This document shows positions 1 to 12,325 of a stretch of DNA of 64,000 nt, one piece after another. A program made the translations under genes and the position numbers. Below the pieces are notes generated by a model, which was not told the origin of the DNA, made no database searches, and saw only the letters and a program-made list of their open reading frames with translations. Source of the stretch: Perna viridis (lineage: Eukaryota); assembly GCA_037379345.1 (NCBI GenBank), contig CM074511.1, forward strand, positions 63,804,862 to 63,868,861, read 5' to 3'. Each line of letters starts with the position of its first letter. Position 1 is the stretch's first letter.

Positions 1-51
1 TCTTTGTCAGTTTGTTTTATATCAAATGTTATTTCATCATCTTTTTTTTAG

Positions 52-128
52 ACCTAGAAACAATATTTACATTGAACAAATTATTTTGGTCCTGGTTTGC
101 CAAGTCATCCAGCAATGAACCTATTTAT
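52..128 (+). CDS. SZT2: SZT2 exon (xLETIFTLNKLFWSWFAKSSSNEPIY)
   Basis: Poly-T + AG at 50-51, GTAAGT at 129, open frame in phase with the next exon. Confidence 0.75.
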
Positions 129-3100
129 GTAAGTACTGTGTACCTGGTCTTAAATTCTTGTATTTGAATAAGGTACAGTATTTTAGTTGTATTATATAAG
201 ACACTCCTGGGTAAAAAAAAACAAAAAACTTTTCCAATATTTAGAGATCACTTAATTTCCAGGAAGAAAACATTTTGTTAAAACAAGGGAAACTAAACCA
301 TACTTGGTTTTTTGGTGTTCTTCATATGAATTTTGAAGAGTAGATGGCAAAGAAGTTTTAAAAGAAGGTTTCTGCCATTTTTGGCCGGCACACATTCAAT
401 GAATTTATGCTTATAGTGTAACAAAAGTAAAGCTGTGCTGTATTTATTGATCTGCTTTCTAGGAAGAGGACCTGTTGTTGTTGAAGCAGTCATGTCGTCT
501 CTTACACTACTGTGCCACACCCATCTTGTTCTCTGCTATCTGGAGACACAGGATCATGGAGAAGTATAGGAGTACCCAGAAACTTCCCACTACACCTACT
601 CCTGATAAAGCTGATAAAAGTGTAAGTCCATAGATGGGAGAGTATATTGTAAACCAGGAAATATCCATGCACCGTTTTGTTGCAGTTTTTCCAATTAATT
701 TACTTAAATACAGTCATAAATTCTTAATCATTCATCAAATTTCATGGTATTTTCCTTGAAAAAATATTTGCAGGAGCTTTATTTTGGCATGACCGACCTT
801 ATTTACAAATAGCAAAACTTTAACTGTTAGAAAAATTTACTTCTACACCTACATAATGTTCTAAGGTAGATTTGATAACTGAATATCATGTTTAGTCCAC
901 AAGATTTTCACCTCAATATCATTTTTAAGCAATCATGTGAAATCCATATTATTTTAGTCTTTTCTAACATAGCAATCCAATTCATTAATATCCCAGTCAA
1001 ACTTTATTCCCACTGATTTCTACAGTATTATTTATTATTTATGCATGTGTAGCCTGAAGAAAAAGGTCAAAAGAGAAAAAATAGTTTTTTTTTTATTTAG
1101 TTAATGATTCATAAAGCATTTGAATGGCTGATGGGCATTGATTTCTATCATAATTTGCAATTTTATGGAGCAGAACATTTTTTTCTTTTATTAAATATTT
1201 AAACCCTTAATTATTCCAAATTAAAACCAAGCATTACTATAACTTGATACTATTGTATATGTATGTTTATATTTCATCTTGACACCCTTTATAGAGATCT
1301 CGACATAGTTCTGGAACATCAGTACAGAGTATGAGAACAAAGAGAACTGACAGTAATGAAGGCAAGAAGAAATCAGAGTCTACACCAACAGATTCACCAA
1401 TTCATGGACAGAAACAGAGAGGATCACAGGAGGAACAATGGCATATAGAATTAAGATCTGACTTTGTCAATGAATATATGGCCTATGTCAAGTCTATTGG
1501 ATTTGTACCTATTAGTCTGACTGTCAATCCAAAGAAAAAGTTAGTTTATTTGATATTCTCAAATAGAATTTGTAATGTGAATACTGTTGTAGAAGTTGTT
1601 CTTGATGATTCACATAAGTGTATGAAATGTCCAACACATTTATTGACTGATGAATGAATGAATAGCAAAAGTTTTATTATAAAATTCTGAATGTTCTGGT
1701 CAAATTCAGGCACTTGCAATATTCTCTGGACTATGTATTTAACTTATAATATCTAATTACCTGAGCCACATCTGTGCTATCAGTATGCCTACATTGTTTA
1801 TCTGTCTATGAATACATAGCTAGAAGTAGTTGTAACTTTCAATGGTTGAATCATATGTATTTTAATTAGGTATTACTACTAATGTTAAATATATTCCTAT
1901 TTTCCCTATTGCCAGTATGCGGCACACCAAGTCATTATCTAGTGAGAAGAACATCCCTGATGATGTACATAGAATGGGTCCTATTGGTAAAGTATACCAT
2001 CTACATAAAGTTATGTCTGGTGGTATCATGATGATGGAACTTAGCTTTAGGGAGCAGTATTTTTGTGTTAAATTCTATGTCTGTGAAAGTTACAGGATTG
2101 GAATGCCAGTTAATAAACATGTAAGTATATCTACCTCTTGTATACAGAAAAACTTGGTTCCATTCCATTACCCAACACAAACCAAATTTTACTGTTCTGG
2201 TAACAATTTATTTGATACATCTTTGGTAATGAACCACTATAATATGAACCAGAATCTTATGAATACCACATTTCCTAGTACATCATATGCCCAAAATATC
2301 TACTAAAGAATCCTTCACCTGATAAGTTTATTAACTTAAATAAGTTCTTGGCCCTTTTAGCCAGATTTTCATTTCTCAACCTTCAAACTGCTGCTACAAC
2401 TCATTATAAATTTTAAGTATAAGAATTTACAATATATTTAATATATATTTTGTGGAAGATTTATTATTTGATGTTGTAGTTGATGGGAATGTTTATTGAT
2501 GAGAGTGAGAGATGTAAGAATCTGATCCATGTTCATTCCTTTGCCCATGACTTCCATCTACGATCTATACAGTCATACATCAGTGGACAGTTACCATACA
2601 AAAACAGTTACCACTTGACTGGGTTCCTGTCAGATTTCAGCCAGGTGTACCCATATCCACCTGCATTTTCCAGAAATTTTCTCCTCACAGGTAATTATGC
2701 CATTAAAGATGTCCGTATTCATCCAGACTTCCATGTTGGCACCCATAGTCTTTCCTAGAAGTATTCTTATCACAAACAATGCCTCACAGTTTCACTAATA
2801 TTTTTATCAAATAGTTTTGCACCAGTTCTAAAAGTGCAACTGTTCATTTGTATGTAAATTGTCTACATTAATTTCATTTGTAGAATACTTGACATTTACT
2901 GAGTTATCTTCCCCTGCCCACACGCTATATGAACATATGACACGGCATATCAAGGACCATGGGATGAAAATTGTAGCTATGACACCAACTGTTGATGCTG
3001 ATATTGATAGTGTAAGTAGTTGTTTAACAAATAATGTCTGAGTTCTTCAATATTATTGCTGTTTTTTTTTTCATTATAAAATTGACTGATGACTTTGTGG

Positions 3101-6100
3101 ATGCAAAAATGGTAAACTTCATAAGTAGATCTAAACAACACCTTTCTTGAGATAACAGATATTGTAGCAAGAAGTGTACTTTTCTTTATCTTACAGTAAT
3201 TGTTATTGTAATTTGTTGATTTCAGGAATACTACTTTGTGAGGACAACAGAATATGCCCTGACTCTATGTAAAGAATACAAAGTTCCACTAACCAGACAG
3301 AAATCAGAAGATTTTAATATATGTTTGGTGATAACTAACTTGTCACAGAACAGTGTGTACCAGTCAGAAACAGAGAAATATACACTTAAACTACAATACT
3401 TTATTGTATTAACTAGTCAAAGAGATCTGTTCCCTGTTGACTTTTTGGAGAAGAAGTTAGGCCAGTTCAAAAGTATCTCACAATCAGATGGTTAGTATTC
3501 AGTGTTTCTTAAGGCTTTGATGATTCAGGTGGTACTGTAACATACAACACTCGTCTGATATTTTGTTGGTTAGGTAAAACTCTTGTTTTAATGGGAATAG
3601 CATTGAAAGAATGGACTTATAACAGGAACTAAATGAGTGTAAACTGTTATCAAGAAAATGAAAGAAAATGGCATCATAATAACAGGATCACATGCTGACT
3701 AGTAAATATGCTTGTTTGGTCAATCCAAAATTTCCACTAACAGGTCAGTAATATCTGTAAAAAAAAAATCTCCAAAATATGGTTTGACCTGTGGATTAAA
3801 AAGTTAATTGTGAAAACTGTGCATGATTAGTTTAACTAGCTGGCAGTGCTTACTATTAAAATGTGTCTTTTGGCCCATATATCTTTTTATTCTTAATAAT
3901 TTCAGAGTTTGATTTGGTCTGACATAGTGAATGTAACTGTTATTTCTTAGGAAATGATGCCATATATGGTTATCAGTTGATTTATTTTATGATATTTGTT
4001 TACACTGAATTTCAGTTACATCTGATTCCTCCTCTAAGATTAGTAACCCTGTACCAGTAAAACAGCACATAGGTGTGAGGAAGGAATCCAGGAGAAATAA
4101 AATCAATCAACACCAGGAATTAGCAGAGAGTATCCTGATTGAGGAGTCTACTAAAGCAAGGTGTGTTATTGGAGAGGAATTAGTTTTTGTATATATATAT
4201 TTAAATAAGGGGTCTGAAAAATTCCCAAAGATGTTAGAACTGTCAAATTTGCAAAGCAAATTTTTGGTTGTTCCCTCCACAGGACTCAAACCCATACCGC
4301 TGTGACATCTGGGAATTTTTCAGATAGTTCTATACTTACATTATCTTCCCTACATCACTTTGATCAGATGGAGCAGTGTAGTGAATAGAGTCGTCACATT
4401 CTGCGACATTATATCCAGAAATTATCAAAGGTCGAAAGTTCATACTGCTTACTCATCATGAAACAGAATTCATGCTTAATGCCAATCACTTTTTTATTCA
4501 ATGATGAAAGTTGGCAAAATGAAATGCCTATTATGTTTTTTTGGCAAAATGAAATGCAGATTATTTTTTTTGGCAAAATGAAATGCAGATTATTTTTTTT
4601 GGCAAAATTCTTTACAAGTATATGGCATATGATGTTGTAGAGAGAAGATGAATGAGTTGATTCAGAGATCAATGGCTGAGTGTCGTAAAGACTCACTTTG
4701 GAATAGAATGTTGATTGCTAGTCATGTTGATGATGACCCAAAGAAGAAGAAACGAAGCGACACAGAGGATAGCAAAGATGGGGTAAATTACTGACTATTT
4801 GTGTTCTATACTAATGATAACTCTATACATGTTCTTCTGCTCTTGTGGGAGATAAGGATATAAAATACATTTTAACATATTATTTTTTAATGTATAGGAG
4901 TTGAAGCTACCAAGTTACCTACATATCTATTCCATTTAAAATTCCTGCCGCCCCAAGCAGGTCCGGGTGTCAAAAGAATAGACCTGCAGCAGCACTAAGC
5001 TTGTCATAAAAGGTGACTAAATAGTGCTCAGAACCCTAGCCGGGGGCTAGGGCGATCTGCCCACAGAGCAACTGGGATGTGTGCCCCAGGTGGTGGAATG
5101 GGGTACCCCTGGCATGTTACATGCTGGGGTTGTCAGGCTAAAATACGGAAAACCTGACTGCAAACCATAGTGGTGCACTGTGTTGGGAAAGATGCCACGT
5201 TCCTCGCACGTTAAAGAACCCTACTGTGGTATTCTCCCGGAGTAGGAACCATAGGGCTCCGCCACAGGAGGCTAAATTGCCCGATCCTACCCACCTCTCC
5301 CTATTTCCAGTGGCAATCAAAATTTGTCAATCCCATTGTCCTTGTGTCCCATCCCTTTTTTTCATTTCATCATCATTTCATGTTCATTTTATCATCAATT
5401 TCATGTTCATCGTCTGAATATAGCTGAAATATTGCTGCTCGGACGTTCAACCCCAACAAACAAACAAACAAAAAAATATAAAATTCCTGCCTACAAATCG
5501 ATTCCATATAAAATTCTTACCTTATGCTTGCAATTGACTTGACTCAGACAGTTTCTGATTAGTTAATTCATGTAGTCATTGGTATAAATTACCTTATGAA
5601 CTGCTACAATAGTTTTGATGTAATATTTTTAGCTATATCACTTTGTTTTAGTTCCACCAGAAACTTTCCCATGAAGAATTTCTTGAACTGTTGAAGATGG
5701 TTGTGAAGACCAGACTGTCAGAGATTGACCCACAGCTGATGCCATTCCAGAACATGAGTCTGGTGTGGTACAAATCACTGTATAAAGTTTTACAGACAAG
5801 ATATCCAGAGAGACATAGGTGTTTTTCAAGTCCTGATGGCAATGTGCAATATCTGGTTAGTATATAGCAACTAAGGTGTGTTTCTGAAGTCCTGATGACA
5901 ATGTGCAATATCTGGTAAGTATATAGAGACTATTACCGTGTTTCTCAATTCCTGATGGCATTGTGCAATATCTTGTCAGTATATAGTGACTAAGGTGGTT
6001 TTCAAGTTGTGATGGTATTGTGCAATATCTGGTTAGTATATAAAGACTACAATGTTTCTCTAGTCCTGATGGCAATGTGCAATATCTGGTTAGTATATAA

Positions 6101-8060
6101 AGACATAGGTGTCTTTCAAGTCCTGATGGCAATGTGCAATATGTGGTTAGTATATAACGACTAAGGTGTTTCTGAAGTCTTGATGGCAATGTGCAATATC
6201 TGGTCAGTATATAGCGACTAAGGTGTTTCTGGTCCTGATGGCAATGTGCAATATCTGGTCAGTATATAGAGACTATTAAGGTGTTTCTCAATTCCTGATG
6301 GCAATGTGTAATGTTTTTTTAGTTGTGCAATATTTAGTTCGTTCCACAACTTCAGTGGAGGTCGAGAAAATCTCATTTTAAATTTATTAGTAACAAAATC
6401 TGCAACTATATTTGTAGCCTATTTTATGATTTCATATTACAAATCTCTTCCTTAAAGCACATCATTGAGGTTGTCATTGATTACATCCATGCTATGTAGG
6501 AGGGGGGGGGTAATTGTTTTACCTATGTCTGTTATATCCCTGCTCTGTAGGAAAAGAGTGGGTTAATTGTTTTACCTATATCAGTTATATCCATGCTATG
6601 TAGGAGGGTGTGGGGGGGTTAATTGTTTTACCTATGTCTGTTATATCCCTGCTTTGTAGGAAAAGAGGGGGGAATTGTTTTACCTATGTCTGTTTTATCC
6701 CTGCTCTGTAGGAAAAGAGGGGGTCTACTTATGTCTGTTGTACAAAGCTTCACATTGGTATACTGTAACATCGGATGCATTTTCTTAATCATATGTCATC
6801 TACTTTCTGTTTGCCAAAAAAAAAACTGAATTTTCGTAATACAGTGGTAACATACATTTCATTGTATGTTCTCTACTTCTTTTAATCACACAGACATGAT
6901 CTACTGATTTACACTTTACAGCATGCCAGGTAAAGGATAAAGTATAAAACTGAGAATATTAATGCTGATATTTTATACAAAGCTTCAAATGGGAATTCTG
7001 TATCATGGGATGCATTTTGTACCCTGAGGACATTTACTTCCTGTTTACTGGAAAGTTTTCCTTCTACAGTGGTTGTATACAAAATTTTCTTCACATTTTT
7101 ATTGGCTTCTATTAATCACAGGTTCCTTATATTTTGTACTAAGCTTCCTATAGTAATATTGTATCATGGGGGTGTATTTTCACACTTATTTGACATCTAC
7201 TTTCTGTTTACCAAAAAAAAATTAGAGTTTTCCATATATCTTGATGGAAAGCAAGGGTATCACTAGTGAGCCATTGCTAACAGATTTCTTGTTTTACATT
7301 TAGGGATAAGGGTCAAACTTGATCCAAACATCTTGCTCCCAATTGGACTATGTAAGGAGCAATCTAAGTCCTTTATTAGTGTTCAGGGTTATAACATGCT
7401 TATATATAATTAACAGGTTGTAATCACCCCTCAGTTCCCAGATATGGTTATGATGCTGATGATTGACAACAAAGACAAGAAAACTGTAAGTGTTTGTTAT
7501 TCTAATGATTTAATCTCATTTGAATAGTTCCAACACAAATTATGTACAAGATAGAATAATATAATACTTAAATTCATAATCTACTTGTAGAATGACCACA
7601 GCATACAACTGTGTCAAAAAAAGACACATAAAGATAAATGATGAAATCGGGTGTATACCTTTCAGGGAATTAAATTATGTTATATATACAAATCAAACTT
7701 GTTTAAACCACATCCTGAAGGAACTAGAAACTATTCTTACATCTTTTGACATTCCTTAGTATCAGATTCAATACATTTTGAACCTTTGTAAACTTAATAC
7801 TTGTTAAAAACAACTTTATCAGTAGAAAAGTTTTGGAAGACAGATTTCACCATAGACAATGAGTAGATCATGTCTATATTCTCTATAATGTTAGGTACAG
7901 TTATTTTTTTTTTCAGGAACTGTGTGCAGTTTTCAGAGAGCCCATAGAAGATGAATCAGATCAGATAGGAAAACAAAGTTTACCATTCATCAATGTACAG
8001 GATCAACAAACAGACTTTATTAATCTGTGTTGTTATCATCTCTGGGCTTCATTGTTGTGA
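52..8060 (+). CDS. SZT2: SZT2 (KICSTOR complex scaffold), 3' portion, 12 coding exons: 52-128, 463-621, 1295-1539, 1916-2120, 2480-2690, 2884-3011, 3226-3490, 4016-4160, 4641-4782, 5652-5855, 7417-7485, 7917-8060; 5' part lies upstream of the window
   Basis: All exons are AG/GT-bounded with matching phases. The spliced protein has motifs I recognise from the SZT2 C-terminus: LKQSCRLLHYCATPILF, LIHVHSFAHDFHLR..YHLTGFL, CRKDSLWNRM, IDPQL...WYKSL.KVL..RYP...F.SPDGNVQYL and terminal FINLCCYHLWASLL*. Confidence 0.93.
463..621 (+). CDS. SZT2: SZT2 exon (EEDLLLLKQSCRLLHYCATPILF...DKS)
   Basis: AG 461-462, GTAAGT 622, SZT2-like motif. Confidence 0.9.
1295..1539 (+). CDS. SZT2: SZT2 exon (RSRHSSGTSVQSMR...VNPKK)
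   Basis: AG 1293-94, GTTAGT 1540, overlaps ORF 1331-1657. Confidence 0.88.
1916..2120 (+). CDS. SZT2: SZT2 exon (MRHTKSL...GGIMMMELSFREQYFCVKFY...NKH)
   Basis: CAG 1913-15, GTAAGT 2121. Confidence 0.9.
2480..2690 (+). CDS. SZT2: SZT2 exon (LMGMFIDESERCKNLIHVHSFAHDFHLR...)
   Basis: TAG 2477-79, GTAATT 2691, strongly SZT2-like HVHSF.DFHLR motif. Confidence 0.93.
2884..3011 (+). CDS. SZT2: SZT2 exon (EYLTFTELSSPAHTLYEHM...DIDS)
   Basis: AG 2882-83, GTAAGT 3012, phase-consistent. Confidence 0.88.
3226..3490 (+). CDS. SZT2: SZT2 exon (EYYFVRTTEYAL...LKLQYFIVLTSQRDLFP...)
   Basis: TTTCAG acceptor, GTTAGT 3491. Confidence 0.9.
4016..4160 (+). CDS. SZT2: SZT2 exon (VTSDSSSKIS...GVRKES...EESTKAR)
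   Basis: TTTCAG acceptor, AG|GTGTGT donor, phase 1 to 2. Confidence 0.8.
4511..4608. repeat. About 29-bp tandem repeat (TTGGCAAAATGAAATGCAGATTATTTTTT), about 3.5 copies
   Basis: Directly visible. Confidence 0.85.
4641..4782 (+). CDS. SZT2: SZT2 exon (EKMNELIQRSMAECRKDSLWNRML...)
   Basis: TAG 4638-40, GTAAAT 4783, CRxDxLWxR motif. Confidence 0.9.
4950..5478 (+). mobile_element. About 530-bp non-autonomous retroposon (SINE-like) in an SZT2 intron
   Basis: 13-bp target-site duplication TAAAATTCCTGCC (4937-4949 and 5479-5491), (CAAA)n/A-rich tail, GC-rich body in AT-rich context, GCACGTTAAAGAACCC motif reminiscent of Nin/Deu-domain SINEs. Confidence 0.85.
5652..5855 (+). CDS. SZT2: SZT2 exon (FHQKLSHEEFLELL...IDPQL...SPDGNVQYL)
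   Basis: AG 5650-51, GTTAGT 5856, conserved IDPQL/WY motif. Confidence 0.9.
5811..6310 (+). repeat. 55-60-bp minisatellite (about 8.5 copies) made of the SZT2 exon 3' end plus its 5' splice site
   Basis: Unit ...GTGTTTTTCAAGTCCTGATGGCAATGTGCAATATCTG|GTTAGTATATAG; the first copy is coding. Confidence 0.93.
6483..7292 (+). mobile_element. Decayed Helentron-associated-type (HINE-like) non-autonomous element with a tandemly amplified 5' end (about 55-bp x4-5, 6483-6740) and degenerate internal repeats
   Basis: Repeated ATCC(A/C)TGCTNTGTAGG..GGGG..AATTGTTTTACCTATGTCTGTT; internal AAGCTTC..GTA..CAT.GG..GCATTT units near 6742, 6977 and 7139; 3' GGGTATCACTAGTGAGCCATTGCTAACAG..CTTGTT end resembles bivalve Helentron-type repeats. 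Confidence 0.55.
7417..7485 (+). CDS. SZT2: SZT2 exon (VVITPQFPDMVMMLMIDNKDKKT)
   Basis: CAG acceptor, GTAAGT 7486. Confidence 0.87.
7917..8060 (+). CDS. SZT2: SZT2 terminal coding exon (ELCAVFREP...FINLCCYHLWASLL*)
   Basis: Long poly-T + CAG acceptor, TGA at 8058-8060, SZT2-like C-terminus. Confidence 0.92.
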   Translation, partial: ELCAVFREPIEDESDQIGKQSLPFINVQDQQTDFINLCCYHLWASLL

Positions 8061-10471
8061 TTTTATCGTTTGATCTTTGTCAAGGGTCAATAGATGTATT
8101 TTGTCATGATTTCTACAGTTTTAATTAGTTGTGATGTCATCTTCTGGTTTAAAGATGGTATTTGCTTCATCTGTGTAATCCCATGTTCCGTAAAGCTATC
8201 TTAGACTGTTTGGAGTGAGATTATATTAAGTGTACTATAAATAGTAATTTCATTTCATCATATTGCCAGGGTAATGAATATGTGAGCATAATAATTATTG
8301 TCTTGCTATATTTTTTATTCTATTGATGCTTTATACAAATTGTGTCAGCTTTATATTTTTATTGGATGTTAACATGATTAAATCATGTCATTACCTCGAC
8401 CCATGAGTGATTTTTGTCTAATAGTTGAATCAAATAAGTAATAATGAAGTACAATGTATTATATATCAGTTATTTCTGAAATTTTCTTATGGTGTCTTGG
8501 TGCTTCTAATGAAAATGGTGACTGCAATCTATTCTTTAAATGTTTTATAAAACCATGTACAACAAAAATATTAGCATTTCCAAAATGGCTTAATGATAAT
8601 TCCTTCCTATTTAAATGTATTGCTACACATGTTAGTGCTAGTATGTTGTCCTCAATAAACATTTGTTAAATAATTCAGATTGTGATTTCATGTTAGTGCT
8701 AATATGTTGTGCTTAACTGTAGTACATAAATTGACAAATGACATAAAATTATGTTGAAAAGTTCAGTTTGTAATTTCATTTATGCTGTTTACAATGTTTA
8801 CAAGTGTTTACAATGATGATGTTCAGATGATAGTTTTTGAATACCAGATGAACTGCCTTAGATAGTTGACATTTGAGAAGTAGATTTTAAATTATATCAG
8901 ACAACTTTCTGTAGATATCTTTTGAATAATGAGATAGAAGTTAAAATTTTCTTCTCAAAATTGACAGGTTAGGTAATTCATTAATCATCAGGTGTTTGTT
9001 ATTTAATCAATGGAAGAACAACTCTGTCACATGAACATCATCATTGTATGGGTTGTAATAACATTCCATTGTCTAGTTCATTTCCATTGTTTTATGTATA
9101 TATAATGTGTGTATTACTGATATCATTGTATATATAAGTACCTTTATGATGATAAATAGTGCAATATTGATCTAAATAGTGGATTACATAATAAAGTTTT
9201 TTTTTCCTGATTGTCATACCATAACACAGTCATGTAAGTAATATTACAGCTGTGACATGGTTTTTAGGCTTCATTTGTGTTTTCTGGTTTTTTTTTACAA
9301 TTGCTGTTTCATGGACCATTTCAAAGCTAATCTCAGAAGTGGTTTGACAAGTTATCTTTAAAAGGGCAGGATGGCTCATAGTGCATTCATTTTCAGAATG
9401 GATGGGAATAGTTACTGTGTATGATATTATAACTGGTTCATTATTAGTCTAGTGTTGTCAGAATTCTTATCAAACCTTGGAAGTATCATGTTGAGAATTT
9501 ATCTAAACATGTAAACTTCAATCTTCAGTCTTTAAAGTGCTTGTCTGTAGTGCAACTGGTAACTATAACTCAGTTTAGTTTTGAACTCTGGGCAAAGTTT
9601 CACTTCAAATTGGCATATAGTCACTTGATTTATTGTTGGTATAAAGTTTTGTATATTTTAAAACTGGTTTCAGTTCCATTATTGAATTCTGTACTGGTCT
9701 TTGTTGTTGGTGGTTCCTTTTAAAAAGCAGTCCTTATAAAAATCAGACAGGAGGTGATTCATGCATACCAAAAAAACAAAATTATTTAAATTTTTTGTTC
9801 AGAAACTGAACAATAGTTACATAACAAATAATAGTGTGTCATTCCTATGTACTTTTGAGATGAAAATATATATTGTGTACGAAATTGGTATTTTACAAGA
9901 GTTATTATTCTTGATTTGGTTGATTTTGTGGGAGATGATGTATGATTTTCTCAAAAAACACCAATCTCAATACAGAAAGGGCTATTGTTATGTAAAAATG
10001 TAGTACATGTATATGTAGTCCAAAAAATCAGTTTGTTTGGTTGGTTTTTCTTTGCCATAAATCACCCCTCTATGTTGTCTGGATTCTATATGGATTGGTA
10101 CTTAATAAGCATAAGGTATTCTTAAAGTCAGACATCAATGTTTTAGAAGTTTCCATCAAGTATTTATATGATGAATACATAGTCACATGTGTTTTGAATT
10201 GTTTTTATCATATATTATGGTTGATAATGATAAAAAATGATAAAAACAATTATAAAAACAAATCCAATGGTTAGATATTATTTATTGTGATGTACATATT
10301 TGTTTTTTTATTTTATGACTGTGATATTAGCTTCTGTTTGTTAAGGTTTCTACTGTAATTGTTACAATCCAAGGATTGGTCTTAGAATACGTTTCAAATA
10401 TTTTACAGTGCAAACTTTTTTCTTCCTAGTATCATGTGCTGGAACTTTTCAGTGTAATCACATTTTTATAA

Positions 10472-10540
10472 AATAAAAATATAGCAATAAAATTTTACAT
10501 ATGTTTTTTGTTTTTGTTTTTTTTTTTTGTTCTTTTTTTG
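10472..10540 (+). terminator. Probable SZT2 polyadenylation signal (3' UTR about 2.4 kb)
   Basis: AATAAA at 10472 and 10486 followed by a GU/U-rich tract at 10503-10539. Confidence 0.55.
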
Positions 10541-12325
10541 TCAATTGAACTGAAGTATAGAATTATTGTAGCAGTCACCAAACTGGAGAATACCCCCACT
10601 TCAAATGAGCTAAATGTCAGATCAATTATCTTGCTTTGGACATTTACATATGATACACAACCTTCTTATAAAATTTCATCAAAATCCCTTGAAGTAAAGT
10701 AAAGTACATACCCCTGAAACTGTTTACATCAATGATTATGATTATTGATGACTTTCAGGTTTTTTCTAACTAATATCTTACCATTTTACCTATTTGTTAC
10801 TATTTTAATTGTATGTGTCTCATAACAAAGTTAATTGATTCTGATGATGATTACCTTTAACTTTTTTGTATGTCACTGAAAGTTTATATAATAATGATAA
10901 CTAACAGGAATATCTATTAAAACATTTTAATATAATTTGTAATAACAGAAAATATAGATATGATATGTATAAATGAAAAACTTGCACTTATATTAATTGG
11001 AATGTACATGTATAATGGTTAAACAAGCTGTGTATTTGTTAGCAGCTCATGTGATACAGCCCATATAAAAGTTAAAATATTTCCATTTTGGTAAAACCAC
11101 AAGTTCCCCTTTATAAAATGGTGATATTGGGATACAAAACTTGAAACTATTTGGAAGGTATTTAAGAAAAGAGAAAAAAAAACGTTAAAAAAAACTTTTG
11201 TTTAAGAAATTATACACAACATTGTTGCGAATTAGAACCAAGTAAATGTGAAGTATTTAGAGATATATAACTGAGGATATATGAACACACATGGTTATAC
11301 TGAGGGAAATTTTCATATTTTTGATTTACAAAAATTAAAAAGCAAATCAAAGAAGTCTGAATACACTTTTATAACACAACATAATATCACATTAAAAACA
11401 ACAAAATTGCTTCAAAGGTCACTAAAATAAAGATAATCAAATACAATATTTACAATTTTAAATTGTTGTGGAATTCAAAGTCAAGTTTTTGTTCTTATCT
11501 ACAAAGCATGCTGCTTTGAAAAACCTAAAATATACATTATCCTTACACAGCTGTATATAAGATGAGCTCTAGTAATTACAATATCAGATCAATGGATCCT
11601 CCCAAATTCTTTGTGAATTAATATTGCTCTACACATTCATAATTCATTCATAAGTATTGCAAACATATATCAGTTCAAAATTCAACATAAAATGTGTAAA
11701 CCTTACATAGCTTATACATCTAAAACAAATTGTACATGGTACAAAATTTGATGAATAAACTTTCTTAAACTTAAAACAAAAACACAGAATAACAAACTGT
11801 ATTTAGGCATGAACCTTCACCAACCAGAAAAATCTTATTTTTTTATTTGCCTATAAAAGACTGGAGAAAAATGTCTGTTTCGAAAAGACTTTTTTTCTGA
11901 TTATACTTGATACATTTTTATCACAGATTGTTTGTCTATCACAATTTGACCAATCTTTTATGCAGTTGCATAGAATTAAAATATAAAGTTAACTTCTTCC
12001 ATTCAAGGATTAAAAAAATATTGATATATTTTTAATATGCTAACACACACATAATTTTCATAATTATATTATATCTGCTTAGTAGCACTTGTCTAGGAAT
12101 GTATGAGGATTAATGTTTTAATGAGTTTATACCAGTCAAGTAATGGATTATCTCCCATCGACAAAATGATTACCTCCCTTTATTCACATCCACTCACAGT
12201 ACGAAAATGAAGGCTACTTCTGACCAGAAATCTCTGACGAAAGTTTACTTATGGACAAGCTATAACTGTGATGTCGTTGGAGGATTCCACAAGAAGCACC
12301 GTTTATCATTGCTTAGTTAGTATTC

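Noticed and set aside
5857-6189. Minus-strand repetitive ORF (YILTRYCTLPSGLEKH)
   Set aside because: Antisense translation of the SZT2 exon-end minisatellite.
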